A model generated the notes under the pieces. The model was not told where the DNA came from. It did not search any database and was given only the letters and a program-made list of their open reading frames with translations. The translations under genes were made by a program, and so were the position numbers. From Antedon mediterranea (taxonomy: Eukaryota > Animalia > Echinodermata), in NCBI RefSeq assembly GCF_964355755.1, contig NC_092673.1, positions 15,100,948 to 15,164,947 of the forward strand: a stretch of DNA of 64,000 nucleotides, written 5' to 3'. Position 1 is the stretch's first letter, and each line of letters starts with the position of its first letter. This document shows, piece by piece, positions 25,717 to 36,800 of this stretch.

Positions 25717-27300
25717 TATACCATAACTTACATTTAAAACAAGGAATTACTTGGTTTAATGGTTCAAAATGCATTATTCTTACAAAACGTCAAAAATTGC
25801 AGAAAAAGGGTCTTTAACATTAATTGTTTTGATAATCATATGTGCCGTGTAGTTATTTGCCAATTTTTTGATTAACCAACTTTGATTGACCCACTGTTAT
25901 TTTTTGTACTTTGTTTGAATTGACATGTTTTCTTTTTGTAACAATTTACCTATTCACTGTGCTATGCCCAAAACATGGTTTTAGGCAGATTTAAACTGTG
26001 TGATTTTGATTTTATCTATTCATACTCTGCCTATGCAGCTCTTTGATTTTTCATTATAGGTGTTTGCTTAAGAGAATATCTCAATAACTTACTTCCGATC
26101 GTTTTAGGGCAAACTATTGTATTAGACTACTGTAAATAGAAACATACCGGTATATATTACAAACAATTTGATACCAAAAGTAACGCTCTACGACAAATAT
26201 TTCTTGAGATACGGTAAAAGATATATGGATACTGTAGGTCAATAAGAGGTCAATAACCTCACTTCCGGTCATTTTGGGATAAAATATTTCATTACACTAA
26301 ATAAAAATATGCATGTTCTGAAAAATTTGGGCCTAATTTCACTTCTATGACAAGCCATTACCGAGATATGATAAGACCAGGTCAAAGGTCAAACTGCCAG
26401 CGGCCATTTTTTGACAAAATTTTCTATTAGAGCAAATATGAATGTATATATTTTGAACTATTTGACACCAAAATCAATTATCTATGACAAGCGGTTACAA
26501 CGTTATAGACCAATTAAAATGGTGGACATTTTGGATGCCGTCTTGGATTTCTCGGAGAGCACAAGGAGGATTTTTCGGGACTTTAGTATGATGTTCCAAT
26601 CATAGTTCTGAACCTTTTCTGAAAAAAATCAGCTAGTTACCAGAAATTTCCGGGTCAAACTCTAATGCTCTTGGACTCCAATACCAATGTACAGTAAAAA
26701 TTGCTATGCCTACACTTCAGCAGATTCTCATCGGATGTACATGTTTTTTCGCTGATGAAGCTCGGAAATTGTGCATGCATCATCATACCACAACATAAAA
26801 TCGTTACATGCAAATGGTCAATTGATGTCATAAGCTGAAGATTTACTAAGGTTCACTTGAAGTTAGTTTAGTTTGCAGACTTTTTAAAATATAGGACAAT
26901 TTGAAACGCAGGCGCGAAATCGGGATAGTTGAAATGTGCTCGTAATTTGATTGAAACAACCTAAAATTGCTCATCTCGCTCGCAAAGTATTCTTTTATTT
27001 CTCCCCCTCACCTTTCGCAATGGATGTGCTGTTTTACCAGTGTTTTTAATCAATAACTTTGAATCAGACATTGAGTATTGATACTTTATCTTCTTCCATT
27101 CATCTATTAAAAACTAAAACTAACTGACAAACCAACAACTCAAGTATATAATCTTTCAATAAACACATTTATTAATCTCTTTGTAAATGTTTTGCAAACA
27201 AGCAAAGTAAAGGCTCATCATTTTCAGTCACTGCTTGAAATGGGTTGCTAAAACTAATTATAGACACAGCTAACAGATGTTTTGGTAGCTGTGAGACATT

Positions 27301-28144
27301 GGCCCCGTTTCTGCTGCCAAAAATATACCGTATATATACGGTATATTTTATATACGGTATATTTTTTGGCAGCAGAAATGGGTCTCATAAAAAATATACC
27401 GTATATATATGCGGTATATATACCGCATAAATATCCCCATCGTTTGTGGATATTATACGGTATATTCCAAAATATACCGTATATTTCGTACCCCGTTTCT
27501 GCTGCACTCAAAATATACCGTATATGTGACCTGGCCCATGACATGAGGTCAAAAACTAACAGAGCGTGACGCGTTTGTTTTTCTGCTGCATTGACACACA
27601 CGTGTATAATAAGCAAGCAACAGATCAAAATATCACTGTGGACTGAAGAAATAACTATTTTTGCAATTCAATTGTGGAGAGAAGCGAAGGTTGGGGGGAG
27701 ACTACATGGCAACAGAAGAGATACCGAGATTTACAAAAGTATCTCAAACAAAATAAAGCAGAATTTGTGGTAGACTTAATAACGCCAAAGTTAAAGGCAA
27801 ACGCCGTCGTCTTCTTTGCATAAATGTAGTCAATGCCCATTCTACATTTCTAGATTGTTTGTGCGATGTAAATTCGTTGCCACTTCTGATCATTAGATTT
27901 AAAATAGAAAGCAATGCTAAGACGTTTTGAGAAACCATCATTGTTTTGTTTTTGTCATGTAACCTCACTACACGAGACTCTAGATCAATCCATAGTTCCG
28001 TCTCACAAAATGCATTTTGGGTATATGAAAGCCAACTTTTTTTACAGCCCACCCACGAAGTATGTGCAGCGGAAATTTCATATACGGTATATTTATACGG
28101 TATATTTATACGGTATATTTGGGATTGGCAGCAGAAACAGGGCC
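27301..28144 (+). mobile_element. Non-autonomous PIF/Harbinger element with Myb/SANT (trihelix) relic
   Basis: 20-bp TIR GGCCCYGTTTCTGCTGCCAA, 3-bp TSD ATT; WTEE.T...IQLW.E...L.GN.R...IY..IS relic; many ATACCGTAT/ATACGGTAT motifs. Confidence 0.82.
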
Positions 28145-30430
28145 ATTGTGACAACTGGTATATTGAGATTTTAGTATTTTATATACACATTTGATATTAA
28201 AGAGTTCATTCTTCTACGACCACAACAAGCAAGCTGTCTAGATCACACTGAAATCGGAAACAATCATTTCATCTAGTCAAATATTGAGCCTTCTGAGGAT
28301 GCTGAAAGATAAAAAATAAGTAACAATTAATTAGTTCATAAATAATAATCAGAATATTTCATTATCATAAAATAAATCTACTGGCTGACTATTTAACCAG
28401 GCCATGGCTCCAGTTTTCCCCAAAAAAGAAAAGGTATTTCCAAACACAGTTTATAATCATTACTTTGTTTAGAATTAGATTATTTTATTACCTGCAGCAG
28501 CCTCTTTCTTAACTTCTTTAGCTTTTTTCTCTTCTTTTAACTTCATCAAAGTATCTTCTTTCTTTTGCAGTGTTTTGTGGTGACTTGAACCATATTTGAT
28601 TCCAATCAATATGGCAGCAGTAGTAACAAAGTGCGAGGCAGGGAAGGCAAGCGAGGCAAGTAAGAAATTTATGCGAGGCATCGTTTTACCATAAAAAATG
28701 TGAGGCATCATTTTATCATTTCCCAAAATTGTGAGGCAGGAAATCACCGAAATTGAAGTAGCCTAGGTTCCAAGCCAAGTCAAAACAACGTAACTACAAA
28801 ATGTTGTATTGAAGTTTGAGTGTTTGCATTTCAGCAACAAATTATCGTAATGATGTGAAATTTTGCATGAGTATATATAAATAATATTTATTATTAAATA
28901 CAAAATATTAAATAATTTAAACAATTTGATCAACAGTTATTACCACTGTTAACAGATACGTTGTTTTGCCTTGGAAATGACGTGCATGGCCTAGAATGAA
29001 AGTCATTTCTGAGGCAAAACAATGTAACTGCGATATGTCTTTGAAGTTGGTTACTAGTTCCAAGTTCCTTATTCAAATTCAATTATTGGGACAGTCAGAA
29101 ATATTTTTAAAAACAGATTTTAATACGTAATAACCGTCTAATTGAGTAGTTATTGTATAGTCTTGACCTCCACTACTTCTTCCGGTCAAAGTTCAATAAC
29201 ATTTTATGCATTTACGGCGAATAAGTAACTAGCTTTTACGAACTTTATAACACTTGACCTAATCGATCTTAAAATCAGCATCACTACTTACCCTAGGCCT
29301 AGTCATAAGAGCGACCTAAGGGGATATGATGAATTTGTCGATTTTATTTTTAAAGTTAACGAAACCGTGTAAAGTATCAACAGTAACATTTTATTTGTAT
29401 TGACAGGGACAAAATATATTGAATTGAACATGATTTTCACCAAAAAATGAGTTGAGATGTATGTTCCACATAGTTTTTAGCCCTCTATTAATGGTATTCA
29501 GGATAAAGTTGGTTAACAAATTTAGAGTTAAAATACAAGGCAGGTGCGAAAGAGAAATATTGTTAATCGTATATGTCTTGGGTCTTTAGGTTTTGTGATC
29601 TTAGGTCTTAGGGGGTCTCAGCTTTCGTGATCTTAGGTTTCTTGACACCCCGGTATTTTTATGCTATTGACTTTAAATATGGTTTTGTTTTTTTTTAATT
29701 CTAAATTCCGGTTGTATTTTTTTCTTAATTTAGTGTATGAAATATTCATTTATTCAGAATTACCTATTTTTACCACAGTCAAAATTTACATATAGCATAA
29801 TACAATTATGAAATATGAAATATGATATGAATATAAAAAAAATATAAATCGATATCTTTCCTTCTTTTGATTCCCTTTGCCTTGAATTATAGCATTAACA
29901 GACAATAAGACAGGTAAACGGTAAACAGACGCGATAATACTGTACAGTACTTAGTTTGTCGATTTATTTATTGACGCTTATCAGCATGTTATTGACGCTT
30001 ATCAGCATGTTGACGCGGGTTTAAAACGCAAGTTGATTCATATTAAGGCGAATTACCGCTAAGTTGCAGAGTAGAGATTTACTGCCGCTCGCTCGCGGTC
30101 AATTTCGCTTATTTTTACAAGTTGCTCACGTTTCATCAACCGCCAATCGGTCCAACTTTTAATAAATCATTGCTACAACTCCAGGCCCGCAAATTTTATA
30201 TCACATTCAAATCTACGGAAAACCGGTTTCTAGACGTTTTTTTTTCTGCTTCACCGTATGGCCGGCCTAGTACATTTTTGTAGCTCATCAAAAAAAAGTT
30301 TGGAGCGCCCCCAATAAACATAGTTTTTCAATACAACAACACAACTACTATCCACAAGGGTCGACGCTATAGCGTTTTACCTTCTTGAGATATGAATATG
30401 CAAATTACCTTCATGTATAATAATTAATAT

Positions 30431-30733
30431 TATATAACACCTATATAAATTCCTGTCATTTGATTGGACGAATGTGGGTCACATGGCGTGCAATAGTACG
30501 CACTATTCAACGATCGTTAAATAGTACTTTTTGAAACATTTTTGTTTGTTATTTAGATGTTATATAAAACAAATAATGAATGTTTTGTATTCGTGTAATG
30601 GTACAAATAATGGCACTTGGTGAATGATGAAAGGTTATATCAACTCGGCTTTGCCTCGTTGATATAACCTTTCATCATTCACCTCGTGCCATTATTTGTA
30701 CCATTGCACTCATAAACATTCATTATTTGTATA
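30431..30733. mobile_element. Crypton-like non-autonomous element with ~160-bp hairpin
   Basis: Near-perfect inverted arms 30569-30730 around CTCGGCTTTGCCTCG. Confidence 0.6.
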
Positions 30734-31060
30734 CTGTTAGAGGGTGCTAATACTGTTAGAGGTTGCTCCTATAGTATTAATTATTATACATGAGCAGAGG
30801 TAATTTGCATATTCATATCTCAAGAAGGTAGAAAGGTCAACTCCTCAACGTGTAGCGCTGAATGTTCGTATGTTTTTTCTTTCTGTGGAGCCTGAATAAT
30901 GTTGTGTTTACCTTATATTAACTCCTTTGTTTCGGGCGTCAGTTTTTAGTAATTGTTAAGGAAACTTAATATTTAATTATAATTTATATCTGGCTTTATT
31001 GAGTTGTTATTCCTCTGACTAATCGCCGATAGACTAGTTAGTGTAGACTGTGTACACATA

Positions 31061-31616
31061 TACCCCTTTCACACCAAAACTCCGGAGACACCCCGGGGTT
31101 TATGACCATTCAAAACATCGAGAAACTCCGGAGATACCCTTTCACACCAACCTAGCAACACCGGGGTTTATAAAATAAAATTGTTAATGTCGCCCTCTAT
31201 TTTGTTTGTTTACATAGCGACGATCATTAGAACGATTTTAATTGATAATATTTTTAATTTAATAATTATTTTCAAAAGTCTCAGAAGTAATATAATGGTT
31301 TTTTTTATACTACTTATTATTTTTTATACCCGTTATATATTTTTTACAAATATTTAAAGTATTTTGAAATAATACTAAAGCAATGTGTGATCATATGAGG
31401 ATGACCTTTTGACCTGAAAACTCCGGAGTTTAGGTTTTTGTTCCTTTCACACCAAAACACCGGGGTGTCCCCGCAGTTCGCTTTCCGGAGAATGTTCAGC
31501 TGTTCAACCCCGCAGTTTTAAACTCCGGAGTTGCTTGATTTTACCTTTCACATCAAAACACCGGGGCGTCAACTCCGGGGTGTCTCCGGAGTTTTGCTTT
31601 TGGTGTGAAATGGGTA
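31061..31616. mobile_element. Harbinger-type MITE
   Basis: TIR TACCCCTTTCACACCAAAA / TTTTGGTGTGAAATGGGTA, TSD ATA, repeated CTCCGGAG/CCCCGGGG motifs; orphan end at 58133-58156. Confidence 0.78.
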
Positions 31617-31800
31617 ATAGTAGTCTAGTAGGCGATCAGCCTAGTACCACCCCACCAGATGCCTATTAGGTATACTTTGTATACTTTATAGGTACCGTAT
31701 ACCATAGAGATATTATAGTGAACTATAATATCTCTATGTGTATACTTAACGTTTATTGAATAAACACAGTAAAGTGGTGCCCAACCAGAGAGGTGTAATA

Positions 31801-32267
31801 AGCCGAAGGCTAGAGGGCGTACTCCAGACTTAAAAGTGATTCCATCAGGAGGGGGAACCAACAAGATGGCGGCCGTAAATGTGTACAAAAACATTATTTA
31901 ATATTAAAAATAATATAATATAATACATTAAGACCACATAAATTACAACATATTCTTGTTAAAGCAAAGTGAAGTTTTTATAAAATTAATTAATATTGTT
32001 ATTCGCAATGGAAAGAATAATTTCTTTCTGGGTAATCTAGTATTTTTTGTATACGAGGATCATAGAATACGTTTGCGTTTATACGCTTAACACGCTGTGT
32101 TGCGTATCGTTCTCACACAGATAGGCTCAACACAAGCGTATAGTAGTGCGTACTGCGTAGAGCATCTGATTGGTCGATTGCAGCCGCCATCTTGTTGGTT
32201 CCCTCTCCATGGAGAATCACTTTTTGAACTGCGATAACATTGGAGTTTGCAATCCAGCCTTCGGCTA
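31801..32267. mobile_element. Unclassified TIR MITE
   Basis: AGCCGAAGGCT...GAACCAACAAGATGGCGGC mirrored at 32183-32267. Confidence 0.6.
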
Positions 32268-32293
32268 AATAATATAATATATTTCGACCGTTG

Positions 32294-32713
32294 TTTGTAA
32301 AGCTAGTTAATTATTCGCCATAGAGGGCGTAGATGCCAAAAATTTTGCCGAACTAGGGTGGTAAATGGTAGAGTAGGTCAAGGGTTATCGATCCATACAA
32401 AATATTTTGAAAATATTAAGTAGGTCAAGTGTTATAACGTTTGTAAAGTTAGTTACTTATTCGCCGTAGAGGGCGTAGATGCAACAAAGTTCGCAAAACT
32501 AGGGTGGCAAATGGTAGAGTAGGTCAAGGGTCATCGATCCATACCAAAATAATTTGAAAATATTAAGTAGGTCAAGTGTTATAACGTTCGTAAAAGCTAG
32601 TTACTTATTCACCGTAGAGGGCGTAGATTAAACAAAATTTGCGGAACTAGGGTGGCGAATGGTAGAGTAGGTCAAGAGTCATCGATCCATGCCAAAATAT
32701 TTTGAAAATATTA
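32294..32713. repeat. 146-147 bp tandem repeat x~3; diverged inverted partial copy at ~29160-29262
   Basis: GTAAAG(C/T)TAGTT anchors at 32297, 32443, 32590. Confidence 0.9.
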
Positions 32714-32839
32714 TGGTGCCTCAGGTAACTTTTATTATGTACTTTTTCAGGCTCCACGGAAAGTAAAAACATACGAACATTTACACACAGATCATCAGCG
32801 CTACACGTTGAGGAGTTGACCTTTTTACTTTCTTGAGAT

Positions 32840-32961
32840 ATGAATATACAAATTACCTCTGCTCATGTATAATAATTAATGCTGTTAGAAGGTGCTCCTA
32901 TAGCGTCGACCGTCCACAAGATTCAAGAAGACAACACACAGCAGCTGCTATCAGATCATAC
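32840..32961 (+). promoter_or_regulatory. Putative core promoter and non-coding first exon of prominin B
   Basis: TATAATAA at ~32867, strong donor CATAC|GTAAGT at 32962, acceptor ATATAG at 33606 shortly before the ATG. Confidence 0.4.
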
Positions 32962-33625
32962 GTAAGTAAGTTTGCAGGTAATTGGATGTTGATGATAAAC
33001 TGTAAGTTACATGAAATTGAATACATTATAATCAATTGGTTATTTTATATAATCCATGTAGTGTATCACTATATGATAATTTAATTTAAAATGTTATAAA
33101 GCATACATACATCCACCGGCCCAATATATACAATGTGCAGAAGAAAGAGAGGTATGTGTTTGTTATTGACTGTTAATGTTAAGCCGCCTATGCGGATGTT
33201 GTTATGCACTTTTTTACAGGTGAGGTAGGTTGGGCTAGCCCTACCTTTACCATCATCACTAAGGTTCGGGCTACGCAATATTAACTCCTACCTATTCATA
33301 TTGCTAAGAGTCTAGACCTACGGTAAGTCTTAAAAATATGTTGCGAAAAAACTATTATTAATAATTATTATTAATAGAATTCACATTATTAATAAATATT
33401 TTAATTTTATGTTATTTATTCTTAGTATATTTCAGTCCAAACCAAAATTAAAAGGAAAAAAAACCCTTTGTGACAAAGTCTTGTAAGAGAAGAGAAAGAA
33501 AAATGTCTGTTTTCACTGTCAATCACACAGTATTTTTTCTTATACTAATTTCTAAGAAGTAATATTATAAATGTCATTCAATTTGTTACATTTTAATTTC
33601 ATATAGGAAATTTCAAAGTTGCATT

Positions 33626-33848
33626 ATGATTACGAGATGTCTTATCCTGTTGGCCATCACGTTATTGGTATTTAGTGAAGTCTGGTCAACAAACACGAAT
33701 AATAATGGCGATATAACGTGGGCATCATTGCCAGAAGGCAAGGAATACAGCGAAGAAAAGTTTGATGGGGACCGGTTTCCATTAGATACTACTTGGAATT
33801 CAATAGATGGTTTCTTGAAATTCATATCACCTGGTGACCCACCATATG
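33626..33848 (+). CDS. prom: Prominin B coding exon 1 (signal peptide, N-terminal domain ...SPGDPPY)
   Basis: [21 protein letters not shown] signal peptide; gtatgt donor. Confidence 0.85.
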
Positions 33849-36800
33849 GTATGTATTCTAGTATTATTTTCTATTACTTTTGTATTTCCTGACATCAGTT
33901 TTATATAATCTTGATTATCTTTTATTTCAACATTGTAAAAAAAAAAATTATCTATGGTATTTTAAAATGCTTGGGAGCTCTTTATATTTGTCCATACATA
34001 CACAATATTTTGTAATTGGATAGTAGATTTAAATAATTTTAAAATTTGTAACTAGAAAGCACTTGGTACAGTATAATTATGAATGTTTTGATTTAATTGT
34101 TGTCTATTAGTATTACCATAGAAATGAATGAATGTGTGATAACCATCATTTTCCATCGTGTTTTTGTATAAACTGTTATTCTTGTCTGAATTCAATAATA
34201 CTAGTAGTAATGACTGCAATGATATTATATTAATCAGGCCCTGTTTCTGCTGCCAACTAAATACCGTATATTATACGGTATTTGTTGAATACCGTATATA
34301 TACGGTATATTTTTGGCAGCAGAAACTGCGCTCATAAAAAATATACCGTATTTTGTATACCGTATTTTCCCCACAAAATTTGTGGATAAAATACGGTATT
34401 TACAAATTTATACCGTATTTTTTGTACCCGTTTCTGCTGCCAATAAAAAATACCGTATTTTTTTTTTACATGACAAAAGGTCAACATTCGTGTTTTTATT
34501 TTCTGTCGCTGTCAGCTGTTTTACACACGTGTATATATATATTCGGCGAAAATGTGGAGCGAAGACGTCACAGTTTTACTAAATAAATTTGTGTGGGGAA
34601 GCTAAAATGTCTGGCCAACTAAAAGGTAATAAAAGGGACAACCACATAAGACATTTCTAAAAAAATAAAGCAGGAGTATGGAATAGACTTGTCTCCAAAG
34701 CAAGTAAACTCAAAGCTGAAGAGCCTGCGAAAGCAGTACAACATTGCAAAATACAATAACTCGGGGAGGGAACGAATTAATTGTCCCCATTACGATGTTT
34801 TCTGTGCTCTCACAACATCTCTATCACTAGGGCTAGGCTGTTGAAAGTGAGACGTAAAACTTCCTTTATTGCGACTTTTAATTATCGATCAAATAAAATG
34901 AATGGAAATTTGGGTAAAAAAGATGAAATTTAACACGACCACCCAAGAAGTATTGTTAGCAGAAACGGGGTACTAAAAAATACGGTATAAAAAATACCGT
35001 ATTTTATACCGTATTTTTATACCGTATTTTGAGCAGTTGCAGCAGAAACAGGCCCTCAGTGTACTGTACTGTGGAAGTTGACAATGTAGTCATTATTATT
35101 GCCACTGTAAATTCAAGTTCAATGTACTAATTTGATCAGCTGCTATTTTAACTGCACAATGCTACCTAAATCATGGTGATTTCATGCAATGTACAGTACA
35201 ATTGTTGAATTGTTTTCTTTATTTAAATAGAAGGACATTTCTATAGAATCTTGATTTGCAAATTGATTTGTTTTGATATGGTTATTTTGTGCAACATTAA
35301 TATTAAGTGTTTTCACTTCATTTGTTTTAATATCTAAGTACAATATTCTATTGAGATGTTTATGATCCCTAATATATAATACAATCCTACTGTAAAATTG
35401 TTGAGGTTTTTTATCAATGCTCTGTGGTGTTCAGAATATCATAGTTTTCATGTATCAAATATGGTTGTTTTACCATAGAACCTTCCAAATTTGAAGATTA
35501 TACAGTAGTATTAAGGATTATTATGTCTTCCAACTCAATATTTGTGTCAAAATAGATTTTTGGTTAATGGCAATTGTATATATGGAACAGTAATCTGTTC
35601 ATTATTGTTGTCATCAACAGCTTGTGGCCCATCTTCATCAATTCCATAATTGTGAATTAGATCTTGATATTCTTCAGAGTAAATGCATAAGCATGATTAA
35701 TCCCACATGCCAAAGCTGATTCGGTAAAAGATTATGTTTGCTACTCATGGGATGGTCATTCCAATTGCCTTCCATCTCTCTTAATGAATCATTAATGAGA
35801 CTTAAAAATACTGAATGAAGGCAATAAATATGAATCTGGTTTAAGGGATCAAGAATTCCCAAATTTTCCATGTAGTTAAATATACCTTGAAATTGTTTAA
35901 CAACAGTTTGTTTGATATCCAGCCACATCAAATCATTCTTTGATTGTGAACTGATGAACCTGTTATATGGCTGCCACATTTTAAGCCTCTATTTCTTAAC
36001 ATAAAGCGAGCGACCAATACATTCTCGCCTCCTTTATCAGATCTGACTCGTGATGGTGCAGTCCATTCAAAAAAGCCAACAAATTGGCAGTTGCTGCATT
36101 TAATGGGATTATTTCTTTGGGTTGATGCCCTGACAATTTATTTCCTCTTCTGGTTTTCCTTCAATATATAAATATGCCCACATAGGTAGATTTGGAAATG
36201 GTGGCCCACCATGCAATAAACTATGACCCCATTTACACTTTAGGTATTAGCAAGCCCGAGGCCGGCTCCGAGCCAACCTACATATGAATAATAAAATTAA
36301 TTAATAATAATACATTCATCATTCATGTTGTAATACTATTGTATATTGATCTAGCAGATTGAAGATACCATATACTGATAACTGCAAATAACTTGTTTGC
36401 ATACAGTATGCTTAACATACATTATAAATGTTTATAGCTTTTTTTGCTGCTTTTATTGTTGAAAGAAGTTAATTAACATTTTTCAGACATTTCTTATATT
36501 TTTACTCTGAAAATTAAAAGAAATCTTTTCCTATTTTATTTGAAAGAAATAAAAGTTTATTTGAAATGAATTGACAATTTAGATTTATAATACAATTTTT
36601 GAATCTTGAAAAAAAAGATATCTCATATTATAATACCACAATACAATTAATTCATATACAATTGCACTGAGAAGATTTAGCCAAAACCGGTTATCAACAA
36701 AAATGTTATGTATCTTACTTCAGTATCACTCTCTTTTGCATCAGATGTACAGTAGGTAGGACTAAGAGGTAATAATAGTCACTAATGTTACTGTTAGTTG

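Larger units (their letters stand above)
13228..26677 (+). mobile_element. Decayed Academ (AcademX-type) DNA transposon, ~13.4 kb including nested insertions
   Basis: ~500-bp TIRs (AGTCCAAGAGCATTAG... 13228-13740 vs 26195-26677) enclosing transposase relics. Confidence 0.82.

Noticed and set aside
26745-26775. Hammerhead ribozyme core (CTGATGA...GAAA)
   Set aside because: No convincing stem II or flanking stems found by eye
27245-28194. Cluster of overlapping Tyr/Ile-rich ORFs on both strands
   Set aside because: Produced by stop-poor ATACCGTAT repeats; only the short Myb relic is protein-like
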